Origin: Candidatus Dormiibacterota bacterium
GTDB lineage: Bacteria; Chloroflexota; Dormibacteria; DASZGP01
Direction of reading: 5' to 3'
Length of the DNA: 64,000 nt
Assembly: GCA_049644325.1 (NCBI GenBank)
Contig: JBARRR010000039.1
Span: 19,867-83,866 of the forward strand
Under the pieces are notes generated by a model that saw nothing but the letters and a program-made list of their open reading frames with translations, had not been told where the DNA came from and did not search any database. Every line of letters begins with the position of its first letter. Within the stretch, counting starts at the first letter, position 1. The translations under genes were made by a program, and so were the position numbers. Shown here one piece after another: positions 1 to 8,993 of this stretch.

Positions 1-1
1 C

Positions 2-3000
2 AACCGCGACACTAACGACCCGCAGACGGAGCAGAGCATATACGGGCACTTCAACGGTGAGTCGGGTCAGATGGTCGCCCAGGCTGACAACAACTTCGGC
101 AAGGCCGGGGTCTGCCCGCTCTGCCGCTACATCCCGATCAAGGCCGGCGACGAGGCCATCGACCGGCCCGACCGCGTCGCCGAGGCGATCGTCTACGCCG
201 CCGACAACGGGGTCAAGGTGATGGACGTGACCACCGCCGCGCTGGGCATCACGCCCCAGGTCCAGGCCGCCGTCGACTATGCCTGGCACAAGGGCATGGT
301 GATGGCCTGGGCGTCGAACGACTTCGAGTCCGCCGACCATACCGACGGCATGTTCTACCCCCACACCTGGCCTGGCAACGCCCTGACGGGGGACCACTCC
401 ACCAGGGGCGCCAACATCAACTGCACCGCACTGCCCGGCAACCCACCCAGCTGCCCTGCTTTCTACGCCACCAACACCACCTTCACGTCGCGCTCCTCGC
501 TGACCTCCTACGGGCCTCACAACCTCTTCTCGGTGCCCACCAACGACGGCTCCACGTCCTCAGGCATACCCACCCAAGCCGGGGTGGCGGCGCTGGTAGC
601 GTCCGAGGGCCTCAACGCCGTCGACGCCCACGTGCTCAGCTCCCAGCTCAACGCCGACGAGATCAAGCAGGTGGTTCGCGCCACGTCGACCTACATCGCG
701 TCGCCCAGCACCAACGCCGGGCCGCCGCTGTGCCCCACCTGCTTCCAGGGGATCACAGGGGCCACCTTCAACATCCAGTACGGGTACGGGCGCCCCAACG
801 TCTTCGCCGCCGACCAGGCGGTGGCCGGGGGCCATGTGCCGCCGACGGCTGACATCCGCTCCCCGAACTGGTACCAGGAGGTCGATCCCACCAAGCAGTC
901 GAAGCTGCACGTCACCGCCGACGTGGCGGCGCCGCGCTCGCAGACCGGTGCCTATACGTATGAGCTCCAGTATGGGCTGGGGCCGCAGCCCACCGAGTCC
1001 CAGTTCCACACGTTCGCCGGCGGCAGCGGCAGCGCGCCGGCCAACGTCGGAGCCGACCTGGACCTGTCGCAGGTCCCGTCGTCGTTCTGGTCGGGGCAGT
1101 ACAGCGTCGACCCCGTCACACGGCTCTCGATCGAGCAGTACGACGTGACGATACGGGTCCAGGTGCACGCCAAGGACGGGACCAGCACCGACCAGACGGG
1201 GGAGGACCGCCGCGCCTTCCACCTGCGCCATGACGCCACCGAGCGCCCCGGCTTCCCCGTCCAAATTGGCACGTCGGGTGAGTCGTCGCCGGCGATGGCC
1301 GACATCGAGGGCCGGGGATGGCTGGACACCATCGTCTCCACCGCCGACGGCAGCGTCCACGCCATCCGTCCCGACGGCACCGAGGCGCCGGGCTTCCCCG
1401 TCCACACCGGGCCGGCCCCGGGGATGGACCCGGCCTACGACACCAACTACCTCAACGCGCCGGGATGGAAGAGCGGGCTGCCGCGCCCGCGCGATGGCGG
1501 CCTATCACCGCTGGCGGTGGGCGACCTCCGCCATGACGGTGGCCTGGAGATCGTGGTGTCGACTTTCTCCGGCCACACGTACGTCTGGGACGGCGCCGGA
1601 CGGCTGCTGCCCGGCTTCCCGGTGCTCAACGGCAACCCCGCGTTCTACCACATGTCGGTGCCGCCCCCCGACACGCCCTACTCCTTCGAGCCGGAGAACA
1701 TCACCGGCGGCTCGCCGGTGCTGGCCGACCTCAGCGGCGACGGCAGCCTTGACATCATCCAGGTCGCCGGTGACAACCGCATCTACGCCTGGCATGTGGG
1801 CGGTGGCGGTGTCAGCCAGGTCCCGGGGTGGCCGGTCTGCGACATCTTCGACCTCGACGGCAGCGGCAAGCCGGCGCCGATCTCCGGCGCCTGCGTCGAG
1901 CCGGCCCAGCACGGCAACTTCATCCACACCCACGACTCCAAGATCGTGCCCACGCCGGCGCTGGCCGACGTCAACGGCGACGGCCACCCGGACCTGGTGG
2001 TCGGCCTGGTCGACAGCACGTGGGACAAGACATCGCCGCTGGGCAGCAACAAGATCACCGGCTACCTCGAGGCCTTCAGCTCGCGTGGCACGCTCTCCAG
2101 CAACACGGGGGAGATTCCCGGGTGGCCGGTGGCCATCCCTGGCCTGATCCAGGGCTATGGGGTGGCCCAGGACTTCGTCACCCAGGGGGTCCAGTCGCCG
2201 GTAGTCTACGAGGCCGCCGCCGGGCCCCAGGCGGTGGTCAACCCCAACCTGTTCCTGCCCAGCAAGGTCGATGTGAGGACCGCGACGGTGTCTGGCAGCC
2301 CGTTCGCCGGCGGGGCCATCGCCCCGATCGCGAGCTCCAACATCTCGGTCGGTGGACCGCTGATCCAGTTCACCACCTCACCCAGTGTTGGCAACCTGCT
2401 GGGGACGCCGACGCCCCAGGTGGCCCAGTCGGGTTCGGCCGCCGCCGGGGTGGCCACGGGCATCACCCAGACGCCGGGCCTGGGAATACGCGTCGACAAC
2501 GGCATGGCCGCCTGGGACCCGGCTACTGGCGTGGCCCTGGCCCAGTACGGCCAGTACGTCCAGGGGCTCGGGTTCTTCACCGCCCCGGCCATCGCCGACG
2601 TGACCGGTGACGGCAGGCCCGACATTATCCAGTCCGCCGACTCCGCCGCGGTGATGGGCTTCGACGGGCTGACCGGGCAGCCGGCCGCGGCCTTCCCCAA
2701 GTGGAGCGGCGGGTTCAGCCTCTTCACGCCGGCGGTGGGTGACCTGGTCGGCAGCGGCAAGGTGGCGGTGGCGGCCAGCACTCGCGAGGGGTACCTGCAC
2801 GTCTGGGACACGCCAGGGCTGACCAGCGCCAACCACGAGGCATGGCACTGGCACCAGGACGATCGCAACACCGGTCACTACGGCACCGATACCAGGCCGC
2901 CGGCCGGCATCCGGGACCTGCTGGCCACGCAGGCGGCCTCGGGCGACACGCTCCATTTCACCGCGCCCGGCGATGACTGGAACTACGGCACGGCCGCCGC

Positions 3001-3355
3001 CTACCAGGTCCGCCGCAGTGACAAGCCCATCAACCAGGACAACTTCGGCGCCGCCACCGTGGTCGACGTCGGCCAGAAGCCGCAGGCCGCCGGCGCCTCG
3101 GAGTCGATCACCGTGCCCCACGTAGATGGCACCGTCTACTATGCCGTCCGGGCGGTGGACACCGCCGGCAACATCGGCCCGGTGCCGCTGGCGTCAGGGA
3201 CGGCCAACGGCGGCACGCCCGCCGGTGGTGGGCCGTTCTCCCTGCCCAACACCGCCGCCGGGTCGGGCGGACTGGCGGCGCCGGCCGGGCTCTTGCTGGC
3301 CCTGGTCGCGATTCGTGGAACCTTGACCTGGCGCCGGCGGAAACGGTCCGCCTGA
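2..3355 (+). CDS. Cell-surface subtilisin-like serine peptidase (S8). It is partial at the 5-prime end, because the frame is open back to the window edge. It carries FG-GAP/VCBS-like beta-propeller repeats, a C-terminal Fn3-like region and an LPXTG-like sorting signal.
   Basis: The S8 core is visible after the catalytic His: AIVYAADNGVKVMDV...MAWASNDFES (AGN-like) and GSTSSGIPTQAGVAALV (GTSMAAP-like Ser motif). There are at least five blades of the form ADLSGDGSLDIIQVAG, ADVNGDGHPDLVVG and ADVTGDGRPDIIQSA, with recurring PGFPV/PGWPV. The C-terminus is LPNTAAGSGG, a hydrophobic stretch, then RRRKRSA. There is no stop between nt 2 and 71 in this frame. Confidence 0.85.
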   Translation, partial: NRDTNDPQTEQSIYGHFNGESGQMVAQADNNFGKAGVCPLCRYIPIKAGDEAIDRPDRVAEAIVYAADNGVKVMDVTTAALGITPQVQAAVDYAWHKGMVMAWASNDFESADHTDGMFYPHTWPGNALTGDHSTRGANINCTALPGNPPSCPAFYATNTTFTSRSSLTSYGPHNLFSVPTNDGSTSSGIPTQAGVAALVASEGLNAVDAHVLSSQLNADEIKQVVRATSTYIASPSTNAGPPLCPTCFQGITGATFNIQYGYGRPNVFAADQAVAGGHVPPTADIRSPNWYQEVDPTKQSKLHVTADVAAPRSQTGAYTYELQYGLGPQPTESQFHTFAGGSGSAPANVGADLDLSQVPSSFWSGQYSVDPVTRLSIEQYDVTIRVQVHAKDGTSTDQTGEDRRAFHLRHDATERPGFPVQIGTSGESSPAMADIEGRGWLDTIVSTADGSVHAIRPDGTEAPGFPVHTGPAPGMDPAYDTNYLNAPGWKSGLPRPRDGGLSPLAVGDLRHDGGLEIVVSTFSGHTYVWDGAGRLLPGFPVLNGNPAFYHMSVPPPDTPYSFEPENITGGSPVLADLSGDGSLDIIQVAGDNRIYAWHVGGGGVSQVPGWPVCDIFDLDGSGKPAPISGACVEPAQHGNFIHTHDSKIVPTPALADVNGDGHPDLVVGLVDSTWDKTSPLGSNKITGYLEAFSSRGTLSSNTGEIPGWPVAIPGLIQGYGVAQDFVTQGVQSPVVYEAAAGPQAVVNPNLFLPSKVDVRTATVSGSPFAGGAIAPIASSNISVGGPLIQFTTSPSVGNLLGTPTPQVAQSGSAAAGVATGITQTPGLGIRVDNGMAAWDPATGVALAQYGQYVQGLGFFTAPAIADVTGDGRPDIIQSADSAAVMGFDGLTGQPAAAFPKWSGGFSLFTPAVGDLVGSGKVAVAASTREGYLHVWDTPGLTSANHEAWHWHQDDRNTGHYGTDTRPPAGIRDLLATQAASGDTLHFTAPGDDWNYGTAAAYQVRRSDKPINQDNFGAATVVDVGQKPQAAGASESITVPHVDGTVYYAVRAVDTAGNIGPVPLASGTANGGTPAGGGPFSLPNTAAGSGGLAAPAGLLLALVAIRGTLTWRRRKRSA

Positions 3356-3377
3356 CCGCCGGGCCGGCGCGCTGGCG

Positions 3378-4352
3378 CTAGGCCAGCAGCTTGTCCAGCG
3401 CCGCGGCGATCTCGTCGCCGCCGGTAGCGCCGGAGAACTTATAGGCCAGGTTGCCGCCGCGGTCGACCAGCATCACCCATGGCTCGGTGTCGAGCTTCCA
3501 CTCGGTGAAGGTGGGGGAGAGGGTGGCCTTGCTGAAGTCGGCGTTGTCCGGGCGTCCGCCCTTGTAGACCTCGATGTGGACGAAGTCCACGCCCCGGGCC
3601 CGGTAGGGTGCCTCCACGGCCTTGACCGCGTTGAGCTCCGGGGCGCAGGTGCGCGACTGGCAGAAGCCGGGAGTGCCCATGTAGATCGCGGTGACGTGGT
3701 GGGCCGCGATCGCCGCCGCGATCGAGGTGTAGTGCATGTCACTGGGCGGCGAGCCGGTGTCGATGGTGCCGATGTCGCTCACCTGTGAAGCCGTCGGGTT
3801 CTCGCTCCTTGGCGCCGGCGCCCCCACCGCGATCCCCGGGTCCTGGCCGAGGACCAGGTAGGAGAGATCGCTCTGCGCCTTGACCCCGTCCTTATCGGCC
3901 TGGACGGCGACGTGGTATTGGCCGGGCTTGTCGAACGTTTGGTAGATGGTGTAGACGCCCCGGTTGATGTTCTTGTCGGGGCTCTCGATGCCCTGACCGT
4001 GGTACGACCCCTTCTGCTGGGGGCCGATCGCCTGCGCCTGGCCGCCCGAGGTCGGCACCGTGAACACCTGGGCGATCACGGTGGCGCCTGAGATCACGCC
4101 GCCGCTGGGGTCGGTGACCAACAGGCCGATTCGCTGGTTGGGGCCGACCACGCCGCAGGCGACGCCACCACAGGGGCCGCTGGAGCTGGCGCTGGAGACG
4201 ATCACCGCCTGCAGCCCGGGCGCCGCCGATGCCGTCTGGGTGGCGCCTGTGCTGGAGGTGGCGTCGCATCCGGCAAGCGCCACGGTGGCAAGGGCCAGGC
4301 AGATCGCGTGGCGACGCCAGCGGGCGTGCGAGGTCCGAAGTCCGCTTATCAC
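3378..4352 (-). CDS. Secreted lipoprotein of unknown function, possibly thioredoxin-like (C-x4-C). The start is uncertain; the ORF stays open up to 4496.
   Basis: The lipobox LALATVALAGC is preceded by RWRRH. A GTG at 4352 gives a clean signal peptide (M-ISGLRTSHARWRRHAICLALATVALAGC). The motif FCQSRTC lies in the C-terminal half. The long N-terminal extension from the ATG at 4496 would overlap the divergent gene. Confidence 0.55.
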   Translation of the reverse strand: MISGLRTSHARWRRHAICLALATVALAGCDATSSTGATQTASAAPGLQAVIVSSASSSGPCGGVACGVVGPNQRIGLLVTDPSGGVISGATVIAQVFTVPTSGGQAQAIGPQQKGSYHGQGIESPDKNINRGVYTIYQTFDKPGQYHVAVQADKDGVKAQSDLSYLVLGQDPGIAVGAPAPRSENPTASQVSDIGTIDTGSPPSDMHYTSIAAAIAAHHVTAIYMGTPGFCQSRTCAPELNAVKAVEAPYRARGVDFVHIEVYKGGRPDNADFSKATLSPTFTEWKLDTEPWVMLVDRGGNLAYKFSGATGGDEIAAALDKLLA

Positions 4353-4369
4353 TGCCCCGATACTACGAA

Positions 4370-4909
4370 GTGGTGTTTCGATCGCGGTTAGGGATCCGCC
4401 GGCATCAGGCGGCCGCGCTGATCTCAGTTCTCTGCCTGGGCGTGGTCGGGTGCCAGGCTCCCTGGTCGGGGTCATCCCCGACCCCGCCGACGCCACCGAC
4501 GCCGGCCCCGGCCTTCTCCCTCACCGGGCTCGACGGCCAACCCCATGCCCTGAGCGACTACCGCGGCAAGGTGGCGCTGATCAACTTCTGGGCCACCTGG
4601 TGCATCCCCTGCCGGGCCGAGATCCCCGACCTCGAGCACGAGGCGCGGGTCCAGGACCCCGGCAAGGTCGTGATCCTGGGGATCGACTGGAAGGAGGGCG
4701 GACCCACGGCCCAGGCCTTCCTGACCGACATCGGCGCCCGCTACCCGGTGCTCCTCGACAGCGACGGCAAGGTCTACGACGCCTACGGTGTTCAGGGCCT
4801 GCCCCAGACGTTCATCGTCGACCGCGGAGGCGGGCTGTTGAGCTCAAGAACGGGCATCGCCAGCCGGGACCAGATCGAGAAGGAGCTGGCGGACGCGCTG
4901 GCGCACTAG
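4370..4909 (+). CDS. TlpA/ResA-like thiol:disulfide oxidoreductase lipoprotein (thioredoxin fold).
   Basis: It has a WCIPC CXXC motif, the motif ALINFWATWC and the lipobox LCLGVVGC. The ATG start at 4229 would overlap the divergent lipoprotein. An in-frame GTG at 4370/4373 gives MVFRSRLGIRRHQAAALISVLCLGVVGC. Confidence 0.8.
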   Translation: MVFRSRLGIRRHQAAALISVLCLGVVGCQAPWSGSSPTPPTPPTPAPAFSLTGLDGQPHALSDYRGKVALINFWATWCIPCRAEIPDLEHEARVQDPGKVVILGIDWKEGGPTAQAFLTDIGARYPVLLDSDGKVYDAYGVQGLPQTFIVDRGGGLLSSRTGIASRDQIEKELADALAH

Positions 4910-4923
4910 AGGGCCCATGACGA

Positions 4924-4943
4924 ATAGTGAATGGCTTCACTAT
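4924..4943. promoter_or_regulatory. Perfect 8-bp inverted repeat ATAGTGAA-N4-TTCACTAT; candidate MarR operator.
   Basis: Read directly from the sequence. It sits immediately upstream of the -35 of the marR-family gene promoter. Confidence 0.6.
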
Positions 4944-4944
4944 G

Positions 4945-4973
4945 TTGACATGCATAGTTACGGCTGCTAATAT
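4945..4973 (+). promoter_or_regulatory. Sigma-70-like promoter, TTGACA-17-TAATAT. It drives a leaderless or near-leaderless MarR-MFS transcript.
   Basis: TTGACA is at 4945-4950 and TAATAT at 4968-4973, with an exact 17-bp spacer. The ATG of the MarR gene is at 4980, only 7 nt after the -10, so there is no room for a Shine-Dalgarno sequence. Confidence 0.6.
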
Positions 4974-4979
4974 GCACGG

Positions 4980-5591
4980 ATGCAAAAAGTCTCCGAGAAG
5001 CAACTGGTCGACGATGAGCCGGTAGTCCCCGAGCTGCTCCAGCCCACCCGGTTCGAAACCGACTCCGACGGCTACCTTTACGATCCCCGCTTCCGCGAGG
5101 TCATGGCCAAGAAGGGCGTTCTCGGCGCCAGCGCGATGAGCGGCATCGAGGCGATCCGCTCCATGGTCATCGCCGGCAAGCTGACCTACGCCGGATTCGA
5201 GGACCAGCTGGCCGAGCTCGGCATCAGTCACCAGCAGTACCGCACCATGATGTGCATCAGCTACGCCGGCGAGGATGGGACCCAGCTGCATCCCATCGCC
5301 GAGTGGCTGGGGGTCACCCCCCGCAACGTCACCGGCCTGGTCGACGCCCTCGAGGCGCAGGGCCTGGCCGAGCGGGTGCCGGACCCCCGCGACCGCCGCG
5401 CCGTGATCGCCCGGCTGACGCCGGCGGGCGAGGCCAAGATCAAGAAGGGGCGGGCCGTCCACGAGGTTGCGCTGGAGCGCGTCATGGGAAGCCTTACCGA
5501 GGAAGAGAAGTTGCAGTTGAGGCACCTCAGCCTCAAGGTCCTGGCCGCGGCCGAGGAAGTCCTGGCCCAGAGGAGGAAGTCGAATGGCTGA
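4980..5591 (+). CDS. MarR-family transcriptional regulator.
   Basis: A winged-HTH is recognisable: LHPIAEWLGVTPRNVTGLVDALEAQGLAERVPDPRDRRAVIARLTPAGEA. The gene overlaps the downstream MFS gene by 8 nt. Confidence 0.85.
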   Translation: MQKVSEKQLVDDEPVVPELLQPTRFETDSDGYLYDPRFREVMAKKGVLGASAMSGIEAIRSMVIAGKLTYAGFEDQLAELGISHQQYRTMMCISYAGEDGTQLHPIAEWLGVTPRNVTGLVDALEAQGLAERVPDPRDRRAVIARLTPAGEAKIKKGRAVHEVALERVMGSLTEEEKLQLRHLSLKVLAAAEEVLAQRRKSNG

Positions 5592-7260
5592 AACCGCCAC
5601 CAAGCCCAAGAACACCGGTCAGCCCCCCACCGCCGAGGAGCACCACGCCATCATCAGCGGCCGGATGCTGACCTTCGTCGGCGTGATGGCGGCCATCTTC
5701 CTGAGCGCCCTTGACCAGACCATCGTCGGTACCGCGCTGCCCAAGGTTGTGGCCGAGCTCAATGGTTTCGATCGCTACACCTGGGTGACCACCGTCTACC
5801 TGCTGACCGCCACGGCGGTCGTCCCGGTGGTCGGCAAGATCTCCGAGCAGCTGGGGCGCAAGCGGGTCTTCCTCACCGGCATCGTCCTGTTCCTGCTCGG
5901 CTCGTTTGTCTGCGGCGCGGCCCAGACCATGACCCAGCTGATCATCTTCCGTGGACTGCAGGGCATCGGCGGCGGCATCCTCACCGGGACCGCGTTCGCG
6001 GTCATCGCCGACCTCTTTGCCCCGGCGGAGCGCGCCAAGTACACCGGTTTCATCGCCGCCACCTTCGGCCTGGCCAGCATCGTGGGGCCGTTCATCGGCG
6101 GCTACCTGACCGACAACCTCAGCTGGCGCTGGATCTTCTACGTCAACCTGCCGGTTGGCATCGCAGTGCTGACCCTGCTCTGGTTCACCTTCCCCCAGCT
6201 GCGCCACGGCAGCACTCACCCCAAGATCGACTTCCTGGGCGCCCTCGGACTCGGTGGTGGCGCGGCCCTGATCACCCTCGGAGCCTCGCTGGCCGGCACC
6301 CACGACTGGAGCTATGCCCCGGTCTGGTACCTGCTGGTGGGCGGCGTCCTGGCGATGGTGGCCACCATCTACTACGAGAGCCGGGTGCCCGAGGCGATCT
6401 TCCCGCCGGGCCTGTTCAAGAACTCGATCTTCTCGCTGTCGATGGTGATCACCTTCATCACCGGCCTCGCCATGTTCGGCAGCATCATCTACATCCCCCT
6501 GTTCCTGCAGGCCGTGGTCGGCGTCAAGGCGACCTACTCCGGGCTGCTGCTGCTGCCCCTGATGGTGGGCATGGTGGTCGGCAGCATCGGGGGTGGTCTC
6601 CTGATCACCCGCACCGGGCGCTACAAGGTGCAGGCGATCGTCGGAATGGCCTTCATGAGCGCGGGCGCCTACCTGCTGACCCTGCTCACGGTTGACTCCA
6701 CCCAGCTGGAGGTGGCCCGCGACGTGGTCCTCTTCGGTCTCGGCCTGGGGCTCAGCTTCTCGGTCTTCAACGTCGTCGCCCAGAACGCCGTCAAGACCGA
6801 GTACATCAGCTCCTCCACCAGCGCGATCCAGTTCGTCCGCCAGATCGGCGGCACCCTGGGCCTGGCGGTGCTGGGCTCGATCGTCAACCAGCAGCTCAAG
6901 GAGAAGATCCCCCAGGACGTGCCCGCCTCCGCGCTGGCCAAGATCCCGCCGCAGCTCCGGTCGCAGATCACCGATCCCCAGGTCCTCTTCAGCGACCAGA
7001 TCCAGAAGGCGATCAACGGGGTCGCCGACCCCCAGGCGAGGGCGGTGTTCGTCCAGACCATCGACCAGATCCAGCACGGCGTTCGCCTGGCGCTGGCGGA
7101 CTCGCTCCACGTGGCCTTCGAGGTCTCACTGGTGGCGCTGGTGGTCTCCCTGTTCCTGACCCTGTTCATAAGGGAGATCCCGCTGAAGAAAACGTCCGCG
7201 ATGCAGGACCGCGCCGCCCTTCGCGCCGAGGCGGCCGCAGCGGGTGAGATGGCCAGCTGA
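5584..7260 (+). CDS. MFS transporter, DHA2-like (14-TMS drug:H+ antiporter type).
   Basis: Motifs LDQTIVGTALP, GKISEQLGRKRVF and GLQGIGGG are present. The product is 558 aa with about 14 hydrophobic segments, in an operon with marR. Confidence 0.85.
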   Translation: MAETATKPKNTGQPPTAEEHHAIISGRMLTFVGVMAAIFLSALDQTIVGTALPKVVAELNGFDRYTWVTTVYLLTATAVVPVVGKISEQLGRKRVFLTGIVLFLLGSFVCGAAQTMTQLIIFRGLQGIGGGILTGTAFAVIADLFAPAERAKYTGFIAATFGLASIVGPFIGGYLTDNLSWRWIFYVNLPVGIAVLTLLWFTFPQLRHGSTHPKIDFLGALGLGGGAALITLGASLAGTHDWSYAPVWYLLVGGVLAMVATIYYESRVPEAIFPPGLFKNSIFSLSMVITFITGLAMFGSIIYIPLFLQAVVGVKATYSGLLLLPLMVGMVVGSIGGGLLITRTGRYKVQAIVGMAFMSAGAYLLTLLTVDSTQLEVARDVVLFGLGLGLSFSVFNVVAQNAVKTEYISSSTSAIQFVRQIGGTLGLAVLGSIVNQQLKEKIPQDVPASALAKIPPQLRSQITDPQVLFSDQIQKAINGVADPQARAVFVQTIDQIQHGVRLALADSLHVAFEVSLVALVVSLFLTLFIREIPLKKTSAMQDRAALRAEAAAAGEMAS

Positions 7261-7328
7261 CCCGCGGCAATCGGTTAACAAAACCCTCATATCGCGGTTG
7301 CATATTTAGTTCATCCCCTCCCTTCCTC

Positions 7329-7384
7329 AAGGGCTCTCTACCAATCACCGGGGGCGACCCCGGTGGCGAAGTCGAGAGCCCTTT
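7329..7384 (+). terminator. Nested GC-rich stem-loop followed by a T-rich tract; a likely intrinsic terminator for the MFS operon.
   Basis: The outer stem is AAGGGCTCTC...GAGAGCCCTT and the inner stem is CACCGGGGG-CGA-CCCCGGTG, followed by TTTACTATTTG. Confidence 0.5.
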
Positions 7385-7390
7385 TACTAT

Positions 7391-8947
7391 TTGTCAGGTG
7401 AGGGAGCAAGCAGGGTGAGGGACGTCGCCCGTCCGTTCACGACCGACGGCCGCCTCGGCAACCTGGCCGACCTCGGCGCGGCGCCGGTCGACGTGCTCGT
7501 CATCGGCGGCGGCATCACCGGCGCGGGCGTCGCGCTGGAGTCCGTTCGCCGGGGCTACAGCGTCGGCCTGGTCGAGGCGCGGGACTTCGCCGCCGGCACC
7601 TCCAGTCGCTCCAGCAAGCTGGTCCACGGTGGCTTCCGCTACCTGGCGCAGGGAGAGGTGGGCCTGGTTCGCGAGGCGCTCCAGGAGCGCAAGGCGCTGC
7701 GCAAGCTCTACCCCGACCTGGTCCACCCACTGCCCTTCCTGCTGCCCGTGCCGCGCCACCGCCGCGAGGCGCTGGTGCTCAAGACCGGCCTGATCCTGTA
7801 CGACCTGCTCGCCGCCGACGGCGGCTTCCCGAGGCACCGGCGCATCGGCCTGGCCGCCGCCCACGAGCTCGCGCCCGCGCTGCACCGCAGCGACATCCGT
7901 GGCGCCTGGCATTTCTACGACGGCCAGACCGATGACACGCGGCTGACCCTTCGCGTCCTCCGCCAGGCGGCCGAGGCTGGGGCCCGGGTGGCGAACTACG
8001 CGGCGGTCACCTCCGCCGCGCGTAAGGGCGAGGAGTGGCTGGTCGACGTCGACGACCGCAGCACCGGCGCGCGGTTGCAAGCGCGCGCCCGCTACCTGGT
8101 CAACGCCACCGGCGTGTGGGCTGAGGAGCTGGAGGGCCTCTCCGGCCGGCCGCCGCGGTTCCACATGGCGCCCAGCAAGGGGGTGCACCTGTCGCTGGCG
8201 GCCGCCGACCTGCCCATCGAGGTGGCCCTGGTCTTTCCCACCGGGGACGGGCGGGTCCTCTTCGCGGTACCCTGGCACGGCTATGTGATCGTGGGCACCA
8301 CCGACAACGAATACCATGGCGATGTCGTCAGTCCTGACTGCACCCCCGAGGAAGAGGCCGATGTCCTACGCGCCGTCAACCGCTTCTTCGGACTATCGCT
8401 GGGCCACGACTCGGTCCGCAGCCGCTGGGCCGGGGTCCGTCCCCTGGTTTCGACCGGCAAGGCCCGCGCCACCAAGGACCTCAGCCGCAAGCCCTGGATC
8501 GACATCGACGACCGGGGCCTGGTCACCATCACCGGCGGCAAGCTGACCACCTTCCGGCGCATGGCGATGGACGCCGTCGACCTGCTGCCCCGGCGCCGCG
8601 TGCCAGTGGCAGAGACCGGCGCAGCCCTGGCCGACGCCGTTGCCAGGCCGGCCATCGCCGCCGGCGAGCTGCTGCCGGGCGATGCCGGCTACACCCTCGC
8701 CGATGTCGCCCGCGCCTGCGACGAGGAGATGGCCCTGGAACTGGAGGACGCCCTCAGCCGGCGGCTGCGCCTCAGCTTTGTCGACGCCGCGGCGGCCTGG
8801 CAGGCGGCGCCGGCGGCGGCCCGGGTGATGGCGCAGAAGCTGGGTTGGACCGCGGTGGAGCCGCACCTGGAAAAGTTCCGCGAGCACCTTCAGCGGGAAT
8901 TCGGGATGGCCACCGAGGAGCTTCACCTGGCCGTCACCGGATCGTAG
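7391..8947 (+). CDS. glpD: FAD-dependent glycerol-3-phosphate dehydrogenase.
   Basis: It has VLVIGGGITGAGVALE (FAD-binding) and KLVHGGFRYLAQGEVGLVREALQER, matching the GlpD hallmark RLIHGGLRYLE..LVREAL. The TTG start at 7391 lies inside the upstream hairpin, so a GTG near 7414 may be the true start. Confidence 0.8.
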   Translation: MSGEGASRVRDVARPFTTDGRLGNLADLGAAPVDVLVIGGGITGAGVALESVRRGYSVGLVEARDFAAGTSSRSSKLVHGGFRYLAQGEVGLVREALQERKALRKLYPDLVHPLPFLLPVPRHRREALVLKTGLILYDLLAADGGFPRHRRIGLAAAHELAPALHRSDIRGAWHFYDGQTDDTRLTLRVLRQAAEAGARVANYAAVTSAARKGEEWLVDVDDRSTGARLQARARYLVNATGVWAEELEGLSGRPPRFHMAPSKGVHLSLAAADLPIEVALVFPTGDGRVLFAVPWHGYVIVGTTDNEYHGDVVSPDCTPEEEADVLRAVNRFFGLSLGHDSVRSRWAGVRPLVSTGKARATKDLSRKPWIDIDDRGLVTITGGKLTTFRRMAMDAVDLLPRRRVPVAETGAALADAVARPAIAAGELLPGDAGYTLADVARACDEEMALELEDALSRRLRLSFVDAAAAWQAAPAAARVMAQKLGWTAVEPHLEKFREHLQREFGMATEELHLAVTGS

Positions 8948-8993
8948 AGGCTATGACCTAGGCGATCTGACCCGATGCCGCTATGTTGGCGGC

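Noticed and set aside
5533-7110. A 525-aa minus-strand ORF antisense to the MFS transporter, and similar long antisense ORFs elsewhere (16298-17659, 15277-16956, 38216-39178, 55883-57766, 59698-61101, 61673-63079).
   Set aside because: These are stop-codon-poor frames typical of about 70% GC DNA. The translations are Arg/Pro/Gly-rich and low-complexity, and the sense-strand genes have clear family motifs.
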